Assembly: GCA_951804945.1 (NCBI GenBank)
Contig: OX638155.1
Coordinates: 69,998,001 to 70,062,000 of the forward strand
Direction of reading: 5' to 3'
Length of the DNA: 64,000 bases
Source of the DNA: Podarcis cretensis
Taxonomy: Eukaryota
The notes under the pieces: generated by a model
What the model was told of the DNA's origin: nothing
The model's input: only the letters and a program-made list of their open reading frames with translations
Database searches by the model: none
Shown here: piece after piece, positions 11,175 through 25,602 of the stretch
Position numbering within the stretch: the stretch's first letter is position 1
How the letters are laid out: the number at the start of each line of letters is the position of its first letter
Position numbers and translations under genes: made by a program

Positions 11175-13129
11175 ACACAGGGCTATAGTGTGACAAATCG
11201 ATGGTGACATTTTGTTACATCTGCATGGGAGATATAACATGGTAGACTTGGGGTAAATGCTTTTTTTTTGCATTAAACTAAAGCACTACATTTTGATTCC
11301 TGAATTATAGTTAGTATTGTTTAGTTATGTTTCTGTTTTCTTTATCATGGCTATCCAAGCTGTTCACACTGTCTTGAACAATCTCCTGCATATTCAGGAT
11401 TCTGAGTTAGCCCAGCAATATAAATATGCAGAGATAAGGCAACAGAGTAGATGTCAGAAGACATGAAGGATCCAACCCAGTGGAAGCACACACTCAGAAA
11501 CTACAAGATGTCTAACACCCTATTTAACATACTTTAGAATATCACACTGACTCTTATAAATCATAAATGTTAACTGTAATTTTGTTTTAAAATGATATAA
11601 TTTTTAATGACTTTTTAGAGCTGGAGACATTGTTTCAACTTTCAGTCTGCAACGAGTCTTTCTATAAACCCCAAAAAGTGCAGTTTGCAAAGGAAATGCT
11701 GATTCCACAGTAACTTTAGCTATGATCATGATAGCTGTATAGCATGTACGTTTGTAAAAACAAACCACAGGTGGGGCCCCTATCAGATGTTCTGAAAAAT
11801 TAAAGAGCCTTTAAAAGCTTTGCAAATGATTCACTGCTCTTATCTATTAGATGAAGTAAAATGTGCTGATATTTATAACTGAAACTCTTGATGTAAAACA
11901 TCAAAAACTCCTTTGGTGCCTTCAGTTGAAGCACTTAAGGACTGGATCAATGACAGTAGTTTAAACGATTTAGGCAGATTTGAGCTTTTAGCTGTTATCA
12001 GAAAGACTAGATAATGGTCAAAATGTAAGAAAATTAGAACACGGTGTATTCCTCTATGCACATTTCTTAAAGGGAGGGGAACATGGATCACCTTTCCTTC
12101 TTTGCAGAATGCCATTGTCTTTGTTTCAGGTTTAAAAACACAGTGTATGGGCTTTACTAATGTCCCTGTGTGTCTTATTTCAATGGGTGCCAAATTTATA
12201 ATGGAGCGTTCTAAATATTCCTCTGGGATGTAGTGGTAGAGAACCTATTCAAACATGCCCCCCCCCGCCGCCATGGGAATGTGCAACATGTGGAAAACAT
12301 ATGGCTGGAATGAAAAATCCAAGTAGATTTCATAGGACAGCTATGATAAAAGGATAGCATCAGCTCCTGTGCCCTGATATTTCCTGCAAAATCCATGTGG
12401 ATGTTTAATTGTGCAGGTCTTCATGGGATTCAGCATAGAGGCTTGAATGTACTATGATAAGCTAATCAACAGGAAACATGCATTTCATTTCTCTTACTGT
12501 AAAAATGTTTGTCAGACTTCTCTGATAATTATTTTTAACCCGCATTAGCGCTTCCCAATAACTAAAATGATTGTTGCATGAATGATATTAGGAGAGAGCT
12601 AGTTTCCATTCCTTTTTTAAAATGGCTGTATGGCTAAGTGACTCATATCTTCTGCAGCACAGTAGTAAGCTGCACTGTTATAGTGTGCATGAATGGAAAG
12701 GCCCAACTAATATACTTATGTAACCAAACTTGTGATTGCTGGTATTTCTCCATTATTTCTCCTTATAATTATTTTGTGTGGACATACAACAGCTTTCTTG
12801 TTTTCTCTATTACTCTAAACAGATGTTCTTTAAGGTATACTAAGATGGTCAGCTACTTTAATATTTCGGAAAGTCTTGTCTTTGAAAAAGGTATAAATAT
12901 GTAACAGATGCCTAAGTGGATCCTGGAGTGAACATAGTGTGGTCATAGTACCATCATTACACCGTTCCTTGTTGAGGATGCTCATATGGTACCCAGCTGT
13001 CTCAAGTTAGCAGAACACTTAAGGATAGTACAGTGTGGAAGACTTAATAAAAAAAGTGCAGGTTTATTTCATATTATTTCCTTGGGATCACTGAAATGGA
13101 CACCTCATTTTTGAAGACAACGTTGTCCT

Positions 13130-14345
13130 CAGTTTCTCTTTATAGTTGCATTAATTCTAATACCTGCTTTAGCCATCTTCCTAGATCAAACCATTAAAAA
13201 AGAAACTTAAAGACCATTTTAATGACTAGGAAATTGGTACTGATGTGTAGTAAAATAGTGAACGATCTTTCCTTTCTCTGAATGTGACGATACTAGAGGG
13301 CTGAAAATGTCAACTCTACTTCCACTATTATTTTTTTCATAAACCATTAATTGCCTCATGACTTCATTTTTAACCTGGGAATTTGCTTAAAAAGACCTTA
13401 AATGGTAGCCTAATAGCCATTATATTCCAACTAATTTTCCATCTCATTAACGGTAAGCGGTAGTCCATCTTTGTAAACATCTTTCAAATAATACAGTTGT
13501 TTTTCTTTCCACACATCTATATTAAAGGCTCTATATTTATTTTTGAAAACCCAGTGGAACTGTAATGGAATAATGGGTGAGAGGCTGTTGGACCATTTTG
13601 TCCAAATTTTGAAAGTTTGTAAATGTGAATGGATTTGTAAGCCACCGTAAAGAGCATAATTTGCTTTTTGAAAGTTATTACTTTTATAGGGACACCATCT
13701 ATTACCAAGTTCTCTAATGTGCTCCATATATTTCTCTTATTGCCAGACATTGGGTCTGTCATGTTGCTAAGTTGGCATGCATTGTAATAGCTGTTTAGAT
13801 TTGGGAGCCCCGATCTTCCAATAGTTGGGTGATGGTACAAGCAAAGATTTTTAAATGTGTGGTCTGTCAGATTGAAATATGAATTTGTTTTAACTGCAGG
13901 CGCTTGGTCCATAATAGAATGTTTCATTTTGTTCAAGCGTTGCATGTCCATATTTATTATATTCCAGACTTTGCTATAATTTGTCCGATAAAATTTGTTT
14001 AATCAGTTATGGGCAACCTGAATGATGAAGTATCTGAAGCTTTTTTCCTAGCTATTGGGCTTTGTAATATTTTGGAGAAGGTTGCAGGGGAATATGAAAG
14101 AACAGTACTTCCAATTTTTGAAATTTTACCTTAAGTCCAGAGACATTTAAAAAGGTATCCAATTGTATACTCAATAACCTTCCAGCATTAATTGAGTCCG
14201 ATAAGCAGTACATAAAACAGTATGGAGTCCCAGAATGTATTCCATTCCATTGATAGTTACAACCTTTCCTGCTAGAATTTGGTGTAATCTCATTGCCAGG
14301 GGTTCTATAATTAGAGCAAATAATAAAAGTGATAATGGGCAATTT
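13130..14345 (-). mobile_element. Highly degenerate L1/Tx1-type LINE ORF2 fragment
   Basis: Broken frames with FLNVSGLKVKFQKLE, GRSGLPNLNSYYNACQL, TFKIWTKW and YLKDVYKDG, resembling the post-RT region of L1-clade ORF2; boundaries approximate. Confidence 0.65.
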
Positions 14346-14802
14346 CGTTTTGTCCTGAGGCTAAGTTAACATTTTTGTGAATTTGTATTACTTATCCTAA
14401 TTGTAGGAGATGTACCGTAATATCATAAATATTTTCCAATAGTCTTACCAGTTTAGGGCCAAATCCAAAAAAAGTTATCACTCTGATTAAGTGCTTTAGT
14501 TCTACACAGTCAAATGCTTTAAATATATCTAATGATAAACACACTACTGGTGAGGCAGTCTGTTAATATGGTATGTTATGTTTAATAATTTCCTACTTGG
14601 GTCTGCAATTTTATGCCCCAGGACAAACTGAGCTTCATCCAGATGAATATATTTCCCAATAAAAGTTTTCATTCTGTTAACCCTCACTGTTGTGAAAATC
14701 GTGTAATCGTAAGTTGAGTAGAGAAATTGGGTGATATGATTCCACTAATGCAAGTTCTTTTTTAAGGTTTGGGAATTAATATAAATTTTCTTTTTCTTTT
14801 AG

Positions 14803-14929
14803 CATCAAGCGGCATCAAGAACGAAGAGCTATTTTAACTCCAATTTTAACAGACTTTACAGTGCGAATAACTGCAGCTCCTGCCATCATTTTCACAAAAG
14901 TAATCTCACCAGAGAATTTGCATACAGAG
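14803..14929 (+). CDS. VPS13B: VPS13B coding exon (127 bp; IKRHQERRAILTPILTDFTVRITAAPAIIFTKVISPENLHTE)
   Basis: Absent from the ORF track; polypyrimidine tract + ag at 14801-14802, gag|gttggt donor; peptide bridges the flanking exons in frame. Confidence 0.95.
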
Positions 14930-16556
14930 GTTGGTATTTGACTTGAGATGTACTTACATGGCTTTCAGATTCATGTATCTTTCTGAATGCAGATATTTGC
15001 AATAGTTAAAATGCTACATTAAGTTGAGTTTAATTATAAAACAAAAACCCGCATTAGCTATCAAAATGTTTTTTGAAAGGCTCTGTCTTCTGTAAATCCT
15101 TGTGTGTAGGTCAGAAATAATGATTATTGCATGTATGCTAAGAAGAGCAATAGATGGTAATTGTATGCAGGTTAGCCTGTGTTTCTGTGTTTCTTAATTA
15201 CATTTATAACAAACATGCACACTGTTTAATCAACACAGAAACTCTGTAAGGTGGATTAGGCTGGCAGCAGGGATGGACAAATTAGTTTATTTCTGCTCCA
15301 TGTCAGTTTCACATGTGTCTAGTCATATGCCTGGTTCATCCTTTCCAACACCCCCCCACACACCCTTGCATTTGAATTCTATACATTTCTCCCTAAAATA
15401 CATGTCTTTGATTTAAGACACAGCTCCAGACCAGAATGCCACCTCTACATTTCCTTGCAGCTTTCTTGATTTTTGCTTCATCCAGTTGCTTCCTTCCTTT
15501 CCGTTTTCATCAGTTCCTTACAGATATCACACAGCACCCTCTTTGCTCTCAGCCCAGTTGGAAGAGGAACCTTTCCTTGCTATCCTTTCACTGTAAATGC
15601 CAGGGATTAAATATGGGGTTGTGGGGCATTCTATGTTCAAGGGATATTGTGTATTGATGAGCTGTGGCCCATCCTCACAATGCTGACTTGCTACTGCAAA
15701 TGTGCTGGAAAGGAAATCTAAAGGAAAATGTTAAATGACCTAGGGAATTGCTGTGCTGTAGAGAAGGCATTCCATGAAAAGTAACAGATGAATTTTACTG
15801 TAGCTCTTGTTAAAGAATGTAAATGTTTTGGTTATTATTATTTTTTTAATCAATTCCCTTGATGAAATTCAGTGAGGAAGGGAGAGGCCTACTACAGATT
15901 ACTAATAAATACTTATGCACATGTCATGATAAGGGTTATGAGCATCTGCTTAGTAAGCAAACCTGCTCATTTTCTTCTTTCCGTCTCGGAAGTAATTTGC
16001 CAGAAATGGTCAAAAGCTTTTCCTATGTGTTTAACAACAGCCATAAAATAATGGTCATCTAACTATAATTCTGCCAAGATGTCAACAGTAGTTTACAGGC
16101 AGCTACAAATCAATTAAGTCGGTTATTTGTGGGTTGCAACGTACAATTTCATTATAAACCAAGATGAGTTTGTATTCCACAATGTATATCTGTCATTGAG
16201 AGCAAGGAAAGGGGAAGTGTAGTCCTCTGCCAAGAACATGAATAGAGTCTCTGACAGGCCAGAATTTGATGCAACAAAGAAACAGGACCTCACACATGAA
16301 ACAAACAAAATGTATCTTAATCATCAAATATCCTGTTGGAAGCCTAGTGGTATGCTATTCCACCACTCCTCCACCTGATTTCCTTTTACAGATGGTGCAC
16401 AGTGCTTTTCTGCCTGAAGAGATAAGAAAATGTTAATAGTCCCAATTTGGAGAGTATAAATAGTCTACATTGTGTTTGGTTAGAAAAGAAAATTACATAA
16501 TTGCCTTGAAACAGCTGGTATCCATTGACTTTGTTTTACAAACTTGTTTTTCACAG

Positions 16557-16700
16557 GAAATTTTAGTATGTGGCCATTCTTTGGAAGTGAATATGACAAC
16601 AAGCCTGGACTTCTTCCTCAGTGTGGCTCAAGTACAACTCTTGCAGCAGTTAATACAGACTAATATGGTTGGACTGGAACCATCCAATAAAGCTGCAGAG
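16557..16700 (+). CDS. VPS13B: VPS13B coding exon (144 bp; EILVCGHSLEVNMTTSLDFFLSVAQVQLLQQLIQTNMVGLEPSNKAAE)
   Basis: tttttcacag| acceptor, |gtaact donor, phase 0/0; lies within ORF 16470-16781. Confidence 0.96.
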
Positions 16701-17440
16701 GTAACTTTGTTCTTTCAGAGTTACTATGGTTCATATACTGCTATCCCACCCCCCATGTACTCTTCAGCATGTTTTGGCTAGAAATGTGTGTTACCATTTC
16801 GCTGCTACTTAAAACGTCACCTCAGTGTTGGGGTCTCTCCTTCATGATTTCTATGCAGGGACAAAACCCTGTGACATCTTTGTGGTACATATTTCCTTGG
16901 TCTCCTTATGGTGTCCAGATCATTTGAGGGGGGAGGGTATACCTTTTCTCTTCTTCAAATTATGGGCAACAGTAAAACTGCCAAAATCACATTGACACAA
17001 TCCTTCTGATGAGCCTGCTGGGTGATCCGTACCTCTGGTGTTCAGATAGACAGGCTTGCATGTCTAGTCCTTGAAGTCCTTAGTTTTAACCCCAGTCCCT
17101 GAACACATGAACGAATGTTTATTATTACGGCCAAACAGCCAGCATAAGTCCCTAAACACATTTCTTAGGTATTTCATTTATTGTATTATTTATCTTCCTT
17201 TTCTTTTAAGATACTTAAGAGTTGTTTACCTGGTGTTCCATTTGGTTTCCCATCTAGGTCTGGTCTACGCTGGCTTTAGCTACAGTAATAACAAAATAAA
17301 TACTAAAAAGCTACAGTATTCACCAGAATTTTAAGAGAAACTAGTCCGTGCCCTATACCATGGGATTGATTGGGGGTTGTGGGTTTAATCTTAATCACAC
17401 AGTGAGGTTGGTTCAGTTTGCTGAATATCAATTTGACATG

Positions 17441-17650
17441 TATTTATTTATTTCATAAAGTGTATACACCGCTTGACTGTAAACAAAAAAAAAACCTCAA
17501 AGCAGTTTAGCAAGCATAAAACAGTAAAATCAAGAAAAAATAACAAGCTTACTTTAAAACATACGAAAGTTAGAATAAAAAATAAAAATTTTACCTCAAC
17601 TTTCTAACCATCAGGGTAGGCTTGCCTAAACAGGAAAGTTTTTAGCGGTG
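17441..17650 (-). mobile_element. LINE (L2-like) 3' tail remnant
   Basis: (ttta)n tail followed by tatacaccgctt...aagcagttta, then the reverse complement of an ORF2 end. Confidence 0.5.
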
Positions 17651-20600
17651 TCTATTAGAAGCATATTAAGTGTCAAGAGAAAAGGGCAATTGTGACACTT
17701 GACTTGCCACAACTGTCCAGCAGTGGAGGCCAGTTGTGCAGCATCATTCTTATCCTTTCTACCACCACCTTCTACCTCTGGCCAGGAATGGATTCTAGAG
17801 CTATGAATCTGTTATCTGCCTTGGTAAGGTAGCACCTTCCCATCTCTATGCATTTTCTTTTCGGAAAGGCAGATCATTCAGTGGATGGTCAAACGTGGTG
17901 ACAAAGGGATATGTGCATCATTTTAACATATTCATGTTTGCATCCAGGTGACCTTGATTGACTGGCTGTTTGACACAGTCAATGGACTGAGTTGTTCATA
18001 AGCAACACCTTTCTTGGGGGCCAAGAGAATTAGCTGGAGAAGTGTTAATTGAAAAGTGGACTGCCCTGTCTGCTTCCTATATACAGGATATATCAAATGA
18101 TGTAACATTTACTAGAGTTGCATGACTTGGTTGCTTGGAAGGGATGAGGACCGGAGAGGCTGTATGTGAGAAAGAGATATACCCTGGTATGGCAGGTCTG
18201 TGTCACAGCAATGTTTCTACTTTTGTTGAAATGCTGAATACAAGACATACCGTTTTGCTTTTTCTTGGATACTTTGCAATCATGGGGCCTCTTTTGGAAG
18301 TTAGCTTTCAGAGCAAGTATACTATGGGAATATTTGCAATAAATAACTTACAAGGCAATGTTTCCCATCTTGGTGGAATGGATAGAATCATAAAGTTGAG
18401 TGTGTGCCCAGAATTTTAATTTAGGGACGGTGCTGCTCAGAAATCCGGTGCTTTGTCCATAGACCATACAAACTTTGACAATGAAAACCACTTTAAAAAT
18501 ATATAGCACTTTTATCATGTCCAGAGAATGGCACACTCTCTCTAGTTCATGCGCTTCTTAATTAGCGTAGGCCTTTTAAGGTAAAACACTTATAATTTTG
18601 TATTCTGCTATAGAAACAACTGGTCAGTCAGGACATAGCTATTTAATGCCTTTGCATGAAGTGATTCATTCCCTACCCGCTTCCACAACCAATGGAATAT
18701 TTCAAAATATTCACCCCAGTTTTACTGTGGTTGGTGTCTGCTGAGGTTCTGTTCTGAGAGGGAGGAGCTTAGCCAACACAGCACTTCAGAGACTGAGTGG
18801 GAAGTGGCAGAAAGAGCAAACAAGTTGTGTTGCTTTAAATTAGGGAACCATGTCAAGGTTGTTTGCTTTCTCTGTTGTAGAGAAAGGAGAGGACTTATTT
18901 TCTTGTAACTTGTCACAGAAAAAGTAATCCCACGCCCCTTAGATTCTATATCTACTCTTCCTAGCCTTGCTATTTCTTCCCTTACTCACTATTTAACCTT
19001 TCTGTTTATTCCCCCGCCCAGACCCTTGCCCTTGCTGTTTCTTCCCATCAGTTCCAGATTTACATAAAGGCGGAGTGGGCTACAGCCCAGGGCCTTGTAA
19101 TCCGGGGGGGGGGGGGGGGCTCAGTCTCTTGCCAAAATAAAAAACAAAAAAGGCAGATTTTACTCTCTAGGGCCTATTGCTTAGTAACATTAAACATGTG
19201 GTGTATGAGTCTGTGACTATAACAGTTACACAAGTGTGTACTTACTGTTTAGTAAAGTTCATGGGGGCTTTAAAGCTACTCAGAACCAACTGATAATGTC
19301 AGCTATGAAGCAATACAAGTGTTCAGATCATGGTATATAATTATAAGGTGCTTTTTTAGAACACGTGAGGATTCTTTTATATCATTGTGAATCGCAATAA
19401 AATTTAATTTTGACTTTTCGTGAAAATAATGAGTAAATGATAATAAAATGGTGCTACCCCTAGCTTCAGCTGTTCCTAGCTATCCTGACCTTTGCTCCTT
19501 CAGCTGCAGTGGGCTGCTGCTGACCCTGTGATGATGGATCTATAACTGGAACTTTGCTTTGTTTCCTCTCTAATCCTCAAGTGTCAGACTTGAAGTCTCA
19601 AACTTCTCTGCCACATACAGGCAGAATTACACTTGTCCAGCACTTCTAATGGGGCTGACTTCTGACCACATGGCATGCCCAACAGTGGTAGGGGTGGAGA
19701 GATGTGGGGGGTTGCAATTTGGGTACTGTGTTTTTTTCTCATGGCAAGAGTGATGGTGTCATCTGCCAAAGCGGTGTTTGCCAGCCTTCTTAATATGTGT
19801 TATTGAAGGACAGGTCTAGCCTGGCACATGATCTCTTTCTCTGGAAGGCTTCGCTCAGAAAGTCACTCAGTAAAGCTTCATGGCTTATTAAGGATGTGAG
19901 CCCAGGTCTCCGCAGCCAAAGTTTCACATGCTATACACCACAGCACCCTTTTGACTCTTTGTGTGCCTGGGAAGTGGCAGTGGGAAAGGTCCTGAACTTC
20001 ACAATCTACCACTGTATTCCTGCAAACGTCCTGACACAGCTCTTCTCTTACAGGAGATCCAGGAGCAAACACAATGATGTGTGTTTATTGGAAGCTTCCT
20101 GGCAGTGCCCATTTAAAAACCCTCCATGCCTAACTAACCCTCAGACTGCATTTTAAACTTTCATATCAGCATACAGACTGTGTAATAGCTCCAGTCTTTA
20201 GGAATTTTGATCGTTTCTTTTATCTTTCTCTGGGAGTTGTTATAAATTATTTTATGGCAGAGGGCTTTTGTTTTCCCTTGCCTCCCTCTCACAACCATGT
20301 TTTTCTTCTCTGAGGAATGAACAGCCAGAAGAAGAAATAAAGAGCCAAGCATTTGTTCCCCTTGCTATATGCTTTCCAGCTCCCGCTAGAAGCTCTCTCA
20401 CATTTCCTTCACCAGTAAAGGAAGGCCATCTTCTGTTATCTAAGCTGCAAACACCTCCTCCAGCAGGCAGCCCTTTGAAGCATCTACAAACTAAAAGTTC
20501 AAAGAAAACCAACAAAAAATATCCAACTTTAGGCTGATTTATTATCAAGGTTTCTGAAGCTAAATATATATAGTTTGACTAAGAAATGACAAATGGAAAA

Positions 20601-21327
20601 GAAAAGCCATAAATCTCCAAATATTTGCAGGATGTAAACACAAGGGAAAGGGGGAAATGTTAGTGTTTCGCAAGAGATCACTAGAAATCAGATGTTGACA
20701 TTCAGAATGGAATTGTTTTAGAGGGAGACGAGGAAGCCTATTGCCTGTGTTAATGCATAATGCCATAAAATTATTTTGCAAGGAATCGTGTTGAATTGTT
20801 TAAATTAAACTGAATTAAACACTAGAAACACCAGGCTAACCTCTCTCTCCCTCCTTCTGCAACTGTTCTTCACTCTCCAATCCTGCACCTTCTCCAGCCT
20901 CTGCCTCTCATTTCCTGGCTGTTACAGGTTCTCCCCGTTCACTGATCACTTCTTCCAAGTCAGTCTCCAACCCCTCCATCCTCTGCTGCCCAGAATCCAG
21001 CCACCACTCCTCAGTGTCCAGCCAGTCCCTAACACTTCTCTGTGGTCACTCCCAGGTTGTGGAATGACCACACCTCTGAAACGCATCTTGCTGCATCCCA
21101 GTATGTTTTTCTGTGATTGTCGTAGCTGCACCTCTTAACCCAGAACTTTTTTTGAAGCAATGTCTTGTCTTCCTCTGTATTAATATACACTGTTATTTTG
21201 TGGGTTTGTTTTATGATTTTAAGGTAGTCCTTATTTGTTTTTTAAATTGTATTTTTATTATCCATCTTGAGACTATTTGGTGAAGGGTTGGCTTATAGGT
21301 TCAGATTATCACTGAATGCCTAGCTGT

Positions 21328-21450
21328 AGTTACAGGTAGGTAGCCATGTTGGTCTGCTGTAGTCGAAAGAAAATAAAAAAAAAATTCCTTCTAGTAGCAC
21401 CTTAGAGACCAACTAAGTTTGTTATTGGTATAAGCTTTTGTGTGCATGCA
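21328..21450 (-). mobile_element. Penelope-like element terminal fragment
   Basis: agttacaggtaggtagccatgttggtct...agtagcaccttagagaccaac...ggtataagctttt resembles recalled reptile Penelope-like terminal repeats. Confidence 0.6.
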
Positions 21451-21575
21451 TGGACAGTATTCTCAAAGCTACCAACATGAGTTTGACCAAACTGTGGGAG
21501 GCAGTGGAAGACAGGAGTGCCTGGCATACTCTGGTCCACGGGGTCATGAAGAGTCGGACACGACAAACGACTAAA
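21451..21575 (+). mobile_element. BovB (RTE) LINE 3' fragment
   Basis: Encodes MSLTKLWEAVEDRSAWHTLVHGVMKSRTR; similar to the reverse complement of 36379-36510. Confidence 0.88.
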
Positions 21576-24500
21576 GTCTCTATCTTGAGAATTTTCCCTG
21601 TTTTTAAACTTTACTTAAGGCCCAAACTCACTTGCAGTGGTGCAAAGTTCTCTAGGGGTAGCCTCCCAGCCAGTGCTGGCCACGATTCCTGGGATGATAT
21701 AACACAAGTTAAATTCACCGTTTCGGTGAAGTTAAACACAGGTAGCGTGGGGATGGAGAGGAGACAGATGTTTGTGGAGGTTAATCCTAAACTAAAGCCT
21801 CAACATCTTTTGTCTCCTATCACCTACACACCCCGAAGGGGACAAAGGAGGCAGCAAGAAGGTTCTTTTGCTCTGAAGGGAAGCGTCAGGGACTGACATG
21901 CTTTGTTGGCTTCCTCTAGTCCTTCTCTGATACAGCTGTACATGTATAGCCCTTTGAGGATCGGCAGAAGCTAGCATGGTGCAATGTAGCTGGAAACAGG
22001 GGACTGTCAGCCCAGCATGCTCCACGGGAGACGGGTGGATTCACAGGAAGTGGCAGGACTTTATGCAGTTCAGGCCCAGAACAGCCATACCATTCTTACC
22101 ACCTCACCCCCACCCCTTCAGCAGCCATGCTTCTTCTATGTAATTTTGTTTTCGTCTGAATTTTAAATATTGACTTGGAGGCTATATGATATAAAAGGAA
22201 CCCTCCTAAAGTACAAAAGCAAAATGCTACTGCTACATTACAATAATTGAATAACAAGGTGGTTTTAGAATGTGGGCAGCAAAAGCTGAGTGTATCAAGA
22301 CTGCGTGGACTAGATGGATTTGGAAGCAGTAATTACTTCGTTCACAAATATCAAGTAATCATCAAATTAAACCCACTTCCAAAAGAACCATATGTAAGGA
22401 ATAACATATGTATACTTCTGAAACCAGTGTTATAGAGTAAATTAAATGTTTATATTTTAACAAAACAAAAAACATATTGTGTAGAGGCTAAAGAGGAACC
22501 ACATAATTAAGGCCAAAAATGGTTGCTCTTTGATCTAGGTAGGTGCTAAAGGACAAGGCATTATTTTATGCTAATGCCACATTCTGAATTTGTTGATACC
22601 TCATGCTACAGTTCTCAGATCCTAATTCATACACAGTTGCCTTATTCTGGTAGAACTTGCTTCCTTAACATTGCCATTCTTTTTAGACTTTTCATTTTAC
22701 TTGTTTATCTGTCGTTGAGATTAAAGCACTTAAGACAAATATAGAAGCTTCTGTGGGATTCTTTAGTTTCGGTTAACATAACAAAGATCTCACAGCTCTT
22801 TTATGTTAAAACTTGTTTTGCAAAAGTTAACCTTACATTACTTAAGCTAATGGAGAAGCAACCTAAATCATCTGGCATGTTACTTCACAGAAGAAATATT
22901 TGTAGACAATGCACTGTTGAAGGAATCAGACACATTTGCTAGTTTAGAAAAAAAAATAATCTTAATTTTGAAAGAAGAATGAAGCTGAAACTTTTCTGTA
23001 GTTCACTAAAGATACTTGATGAGCTCCAACAGTGGTCACCTACCAATGGAAGAGGCTTCTTCTTGAGTGACCAGCCAGCCTCTCCTCCATACTTCAGTGC
23101 CTTGTGCACTCCCAAAATATGTTCCAAAGGGTTGTGAGACCCTTTGGAACATATTTTGCTCCAAAGGCTCCAATCTGAAGAAGATTTGGTGAACACACAG
23201 GGGGGATGACAAAGCCCCACTGCGTGAATGGAAGTCCACTCACATAACATTGAATGTTGCCTGGTCCTTTCTTTGGGGTCTTCTGTGTATAAATCTGTAA
23301 ACAAGTGAGCAAGTTTTCTTTCATGTTCATCAAAATTCTTTATCAGGCTGGAAGCAAAAAAGCAATGGGGAGACAATCAAATGTTTCTGTGTCTGACGGA
23401 AACCCCAAGCAGGCAGTTTATATTCATAACAAATGAAGTAGCAGGTTAGGTTGTTCGTTGTGCAAAAGAATCTAATTTTGTGCCAAACGCTTCAGAGAAA
23501 ATAAAAATGATGGAATTAATTTAGATACGTATTTGCACCCAAGGGCCCCTGTTTCAATTAGTAGTAGGGGTAGGTCTGAATAACTTCTAACTTATATATT
23601 TTTAAAGGGACATTCTTTTGAATCACGTTTTCTCCTGTAATTACTACTCCATTTGCTTTCTTATTATTTACAAGCACTTCTGTCCCCTTTTCCATTAAAC
23701 ATAACCAAGATGGCTGACAGCAACAACAATAGTATAGTCTACAATAAACAAATGAACAGAAAACAACAATCGACATTTAAAGGAGTTTAAAAGAATGGCA
23801 GCAACTAAATAGAGGGTTAAAATGTTTTTAAATGGTAAGTTCTTAAAGGTCAGACATAAATAAAAGGTAGACATGTTGAAAATAAGATTTTGTATGGGTA
23901 CATTGGACAGACACAAGTCCAGTGTCAAATTCTGTTGCTGGATAAGTATATACCGTAAATATTTGTTTCTGAGAGTGCAGATAACCATTAATTTTCTTGC
24001 CGTTATTTCCCCACCCAAAAAAAGTAGGGATGTCCCCTATCAGGAAGGATTGACCCAGGGCTTCATTTCATTTAATTGTCAATTTAAGGAATGTATACTC
24101 TACCCTTCATCAGGGCAGATTACAAAAAAGTTATGGGCAATATCCAATTGAAGTTGTACTCAGATTAGACCCACTGAAATGAATCCCATCCCATAATTAT
24201 AATAAAGCAAGAATATCAAAATACAAGATCAGTATAAAAATGCACCAATATTTGGGGAGGCAAGGCCTCCAATGTTCAGAATGATTAGGGGTGGAGGAGG
24301 CTGAGTGTGGAGTCAAGCATGGCACAGCTTCAGTGACTGGCTGCTGCTGCTGCAGAGGCGAAGGAGCGGGAAAACAGCTCCTAGCTGGTGATGGCAGAAA
24401 GAGGAGGCCAGTTGTGGAACTGAGGGTAGCACACCTTGGCTTGGCTTCAGTGGCCGGTGGCTCCTTCTCCACCTGTTGCGTAAGGGAAAGACAGGGGAAG

Positions 24501-24782
24501 CAGTCCCTGGCTGGTGGTGGTGTCAAGAAGAAGAGACTGCGCATGAAAGAGAAGGAGCCACTGGTCATTGAAGGTGTGCTGCTGCTGCTGCTGCTGCTGC
24601 TGCGCTTGGTTCCTCCCTCTGGCTCCTCCCGACATCACATGTGCATTATCGCCCCCCCCCCCCTCCCATCTTCTGCTCAAGAGGATTCTGCTCAATCCTC
24701 TGTTGTAGAACACCCCATTAAAAGAAACCTTGGTATTCTCCAAGACAGTAGCAGAAGGGGAGTATAAGGAGTGTTAAGTATA

Positions 24783-24962
24783 AAGCTACCTTTTTCTGAG
24801 TCAGACTATTGTTCTATCTACCCCACTGTTCTGATCTGATTGGCAGTGGCTCTCCAAGGTCTCAGGCAAGCGTCATTCTCAGATCTTTAAACGGAAAGGT
24901 TGTGGATTAACCTGGGGCCATATGCCTGCAAAACATGTAGTTGCCACCAAGCTATGACCCCT
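24783..24962 (-). mobile_element. Squam2-like tRNA SINE, degenerate
   Basis: Minus strand ggggtcatagcttggtgg head, cctgagaccttggagagccactgccaatc body; homologous to 40055-40241. Confidence 0.6.
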
Positions 24963-25557
24963 CCACGTAGCAGGGGGAAGAAGGAAAAGGCATTTGTTAA
25001 ACTTGTCTGTGGTATAGCCAATTCAAGGAGAATTATAGTTTGCACACACACAGAGTCCTTACATGAATTCAGGGGGTTGTGGGAGGGGGTATTTCCAGTA
25101 GAGGGTTATTTGGTGCATGCTTATGGAGGGAAGTGTGTGTGGACTGGCTAGACTGTGTGTGTGTATCAAATGGACAGATAATTCAATTTATTTTAAATCT
25201 CATGGTATAAACTTGGGGTGCACTTCTGCTAAAATGCACTCTACACTGCAGCATTAAAAGCCTACAGTCCACTTAAACCTGATATGGACAAATGACTTGT
25301 CCATTTTTTTTTTACCAATTTGAATTTGAAGTTACAATCCAAATATTCTTGTCGTTAATTATAAAGTGCTGCCTTTTTGTTTCAAGTAAATTTAAGGCTA
25401 CTTTGCCATTTGTATTTCATGTGAAAAAAACCATAAATATTGATAAAACAGATTCCAGAAAGCCGTATACAAGAAGCCAGACAGCTTAAATGTAAAGTGG
25501 CTGATACACATGCTGTGCAGATGCCATTGATTTGTTACCATCCCTGATGAAAAATCT

Positions 25558-25559
<2 letters not shown>

Positions 25560-25595
<36 letters not shown>
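25560..25595 (+). repeat. (CA)n microsatellite
   Basis: Direct reading. Confidence 0.97.

Positions 25596-25602
<7 letters not shown>

Noticed and set aside
19584-20548. ORF-dense block with an ADDT motif on the - strand
   Set aside because: No other RT motifs or recognisable protein; possibly a very old element but unsupported
24197-24767. Overlapping ORFs with poly-Leu/poly-Gln
   Set aside because: Produced by a (CTG)n tract in GC-rich degenerate repeat sequence; no splice sites linking them to the gene
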